Part shown: piece by piece, positions 62,391 through 64,000 of the stretch
Numbering within the stretch: position 1 is the stretch's first letter
Layout of the letters: every line of letters begins with the position of its first letter
Source: Takakia lepidozioides
Taxonomy: Eukaryota; Plantae; Bryophyta
Length of the DNA stretch: 64,000 nucleotides
Assembly: GCA_030704615.1 (NCBI GenBank)
Contig: CM060733.1
Coordinates: forward strand, 64,852,001-64,916,000
Reading direction: 5' to 3'
Translations under genes and position numbers: made by a program
The notes under the pieces: model-generated
Told to the model about the DNA's origin: nothing
The model's input: only the letters and a program-made list of their open reading frames with translations
Database searches by the model: none

Positions 62391-63131
62391 CCTCTCGTGG
62401 AAGAGGAGCTGGCCGTTTTGGTGCCCTCGGAGCATGCGTTGCATTGGGAGGCTCGGTCAGTCCACATGCACCACTGATGTAGTTCTCCAAATCTGATACC
62501 TTGTCCACATCATCTCCATCCTCGTCCTCCTCTATGTCCTCGTCCATTTCCTCCTCCGAATTGTCGTCGTCATCTATGTTGTAATCCTCATCGAGCTCCT
62601 GATCACGCTCGTCAAGTTCCTCTGCCTCAGAGCCCACCGACTGGGGAGTCTCGAGCTCTTCCTCCGCCATCGAAGGTAATGTTAGTTCTTTCAAGCGCCC
62701 ACTTTGTCGAGGAGGCCCATTCCACACAACTTTGGAGCTCCTAGTCGGCCGTTGTACACTCCTAGCTATGCTGCGCACACATTTCCAAAACCCTGTGTGA
62801 ATCTTGCCCTAAACAAAAGGCGATCGTGAAAGTGCCATCACCATGAAACCTATGGGAGGGAAAAGCAGTAGGCTAATGTGGTGGGAAACCCCTACTCACT
62901 ACCTGTGTAGCATGCATACTAAGGACAAGGGTGATCTGCTCACCTGCGCGCAACGCTCCCAATGTTCAGCTGAGCCAACGTCTCCTTGTTGGCCGCTATG
63001 CACCTCTCTCGCTCTTCCTCGTAGGCAGTGCGTGGAGGGGTGTCGGGTGTAGAGGCCTTGCGTGTCCGTGCCATGGCGGGTTCCTCCTCGTCGCTCAAAT
63101 CGCAGTAATCAACCTCAAACAAGACTACCAT
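62391..63131 (-). CDS. Putative acidic TE-associated protein (at least two exons) with a YExxRxxxIxxNxxxLxxL helix
   Basis: ATG at 63131 or 63074; TAYEEERERCIAANKETLAQLNI; donor at 62943; exon 62770-62391 with RQSGRL and a long D/E tract ending at GTAAG. Confidence 0.55.
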
Positions 63132-64000
63132 TGTCGCGGCCCTTTGCCTTGAGGGCAGGGGGTCGGGACACATCAGGGGCTGCCCCTGTGGTGGGGGCAG
63201 CGGCAGCGATAGGTATGGGGGGCTGAGGCACCCTTGAGTGCCCAAGGCACTCAGGGAAGCGGAGGCGCTCACTAGGTGGAGCCCCGCACACCGGGTTGCG
63301 GTGGGGGTGGCTCCACAAGGGGTGGTGGTAGCTTAGTGGGACTTAGTGGGGGTGGCATAGGACTCACCATGGGGGCGGAGACCTCGTGGTGGGAGTCGTG
63401 GGGAGTCTTGGGACTCATCACGGTCCATAGGGGCCGTGGTGAGCGGGCCAAGACTCACCGCGACTCACCACCGGGAGTCGAGGGTTTTCGTGGTGGTTCG
63501 CCATAAAATGGCATGGCTGGTTGTGGAACCCCCGCGGACAGCTACAGAAGTATATATAGGGAGTAGTAACCCCGAGAACGGTGCAAGCCCGTTGGTGACC
63601 AAAAACTAGTGAGTAAGCGAGGGAGCCGGAAAGCGACCAAAGAGTGGGGAGCTGTTCCGGACTGCCATCTACCAAAGGGAATTCTCCTAGTCCCAAATAG
63701 GTGGAGGGTTTAGAGGGAAGCGAAGGGGACCGTTATGTCCCGGTGAGCAGCCGAAACTCCAAGTTGGCCCGGCGGCCAGGTTGGGAGTCAGGCGCGCGCA
63801 TCAAAGCGAGTAACTATGACTTGAAGGGGAGTTTACCGAAGTGAGGTGTGCGACATTTGGTATCAGAGCTTAGAGTTCAGTACGCGATCGTCCTTGGGAT
63901 TGGCCTCATCATGGGGTCGGGCAAGCCGAAGCGAAAGCGGAACGGCCCAAAAGATGATGATCCCGGTGAGCCCGATGGGGGCGACGTGTCACCGAGGCGG
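63132..64000 (+). mobile_element. LTR retrotransposon 5' end: LTR 63132-63855, tRNA-iMet PBS 63858-63869, probable gag start 63911
   Basis: TGTCGC...GCGACA terminal inverted hexamers, TATA-like TATATATA at ~63550, and the canonical PBS TGGTATCAGAGC. Confidence 0.88.

Overview
Land-plant genomic DNA, most likely a moss or other bryophyte (inferred from the HD-ZIP IV and HD-ZIP III sequences). One intact host gene opens the window: an intronless class IV HD-ZIP transcription factor with its paired 3'-UTR motifs. The remaining ~60 kb is a nest of decayed transposable elements and captured gene fragments. Two independent elements carry DNA-methyltransferase-like cargo. (1) A Ty3/gypsy retrotransposon has a DNMT3-like C5-cytosine methyltransferase in frame between protease and RT. 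It is present as an 11.9-kb fold-back (two 5' halves in inverted orientation) inserted into a Plavaka transposase gene. (2) A MULE-type DNA transposon with a GCM-fold + DDE transposase is transcribed divergently from a large multi-exon gene. That gene fuses a ParB/Sulfiredoxin-like domain to a beta-class N4C/N6A-methyltransferase-like domain. Arrays of perfect 30-bp palindromes lie upstream of this gene and a second array sharing the same core motif lies in one of its introns; the module occurs as two tandem copies plus one inverted partial copy. Also present: a captured class III HD-ZIP leucine-zipper fragment, an RER1 exon fragment, a TTAA-flanked piggyBac-like insertion, another gypsy gag region, and an LTR with a tRNA-iMet PBS at the right edge. 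All family assignments come from motifs recognised by eye; no database search was run.
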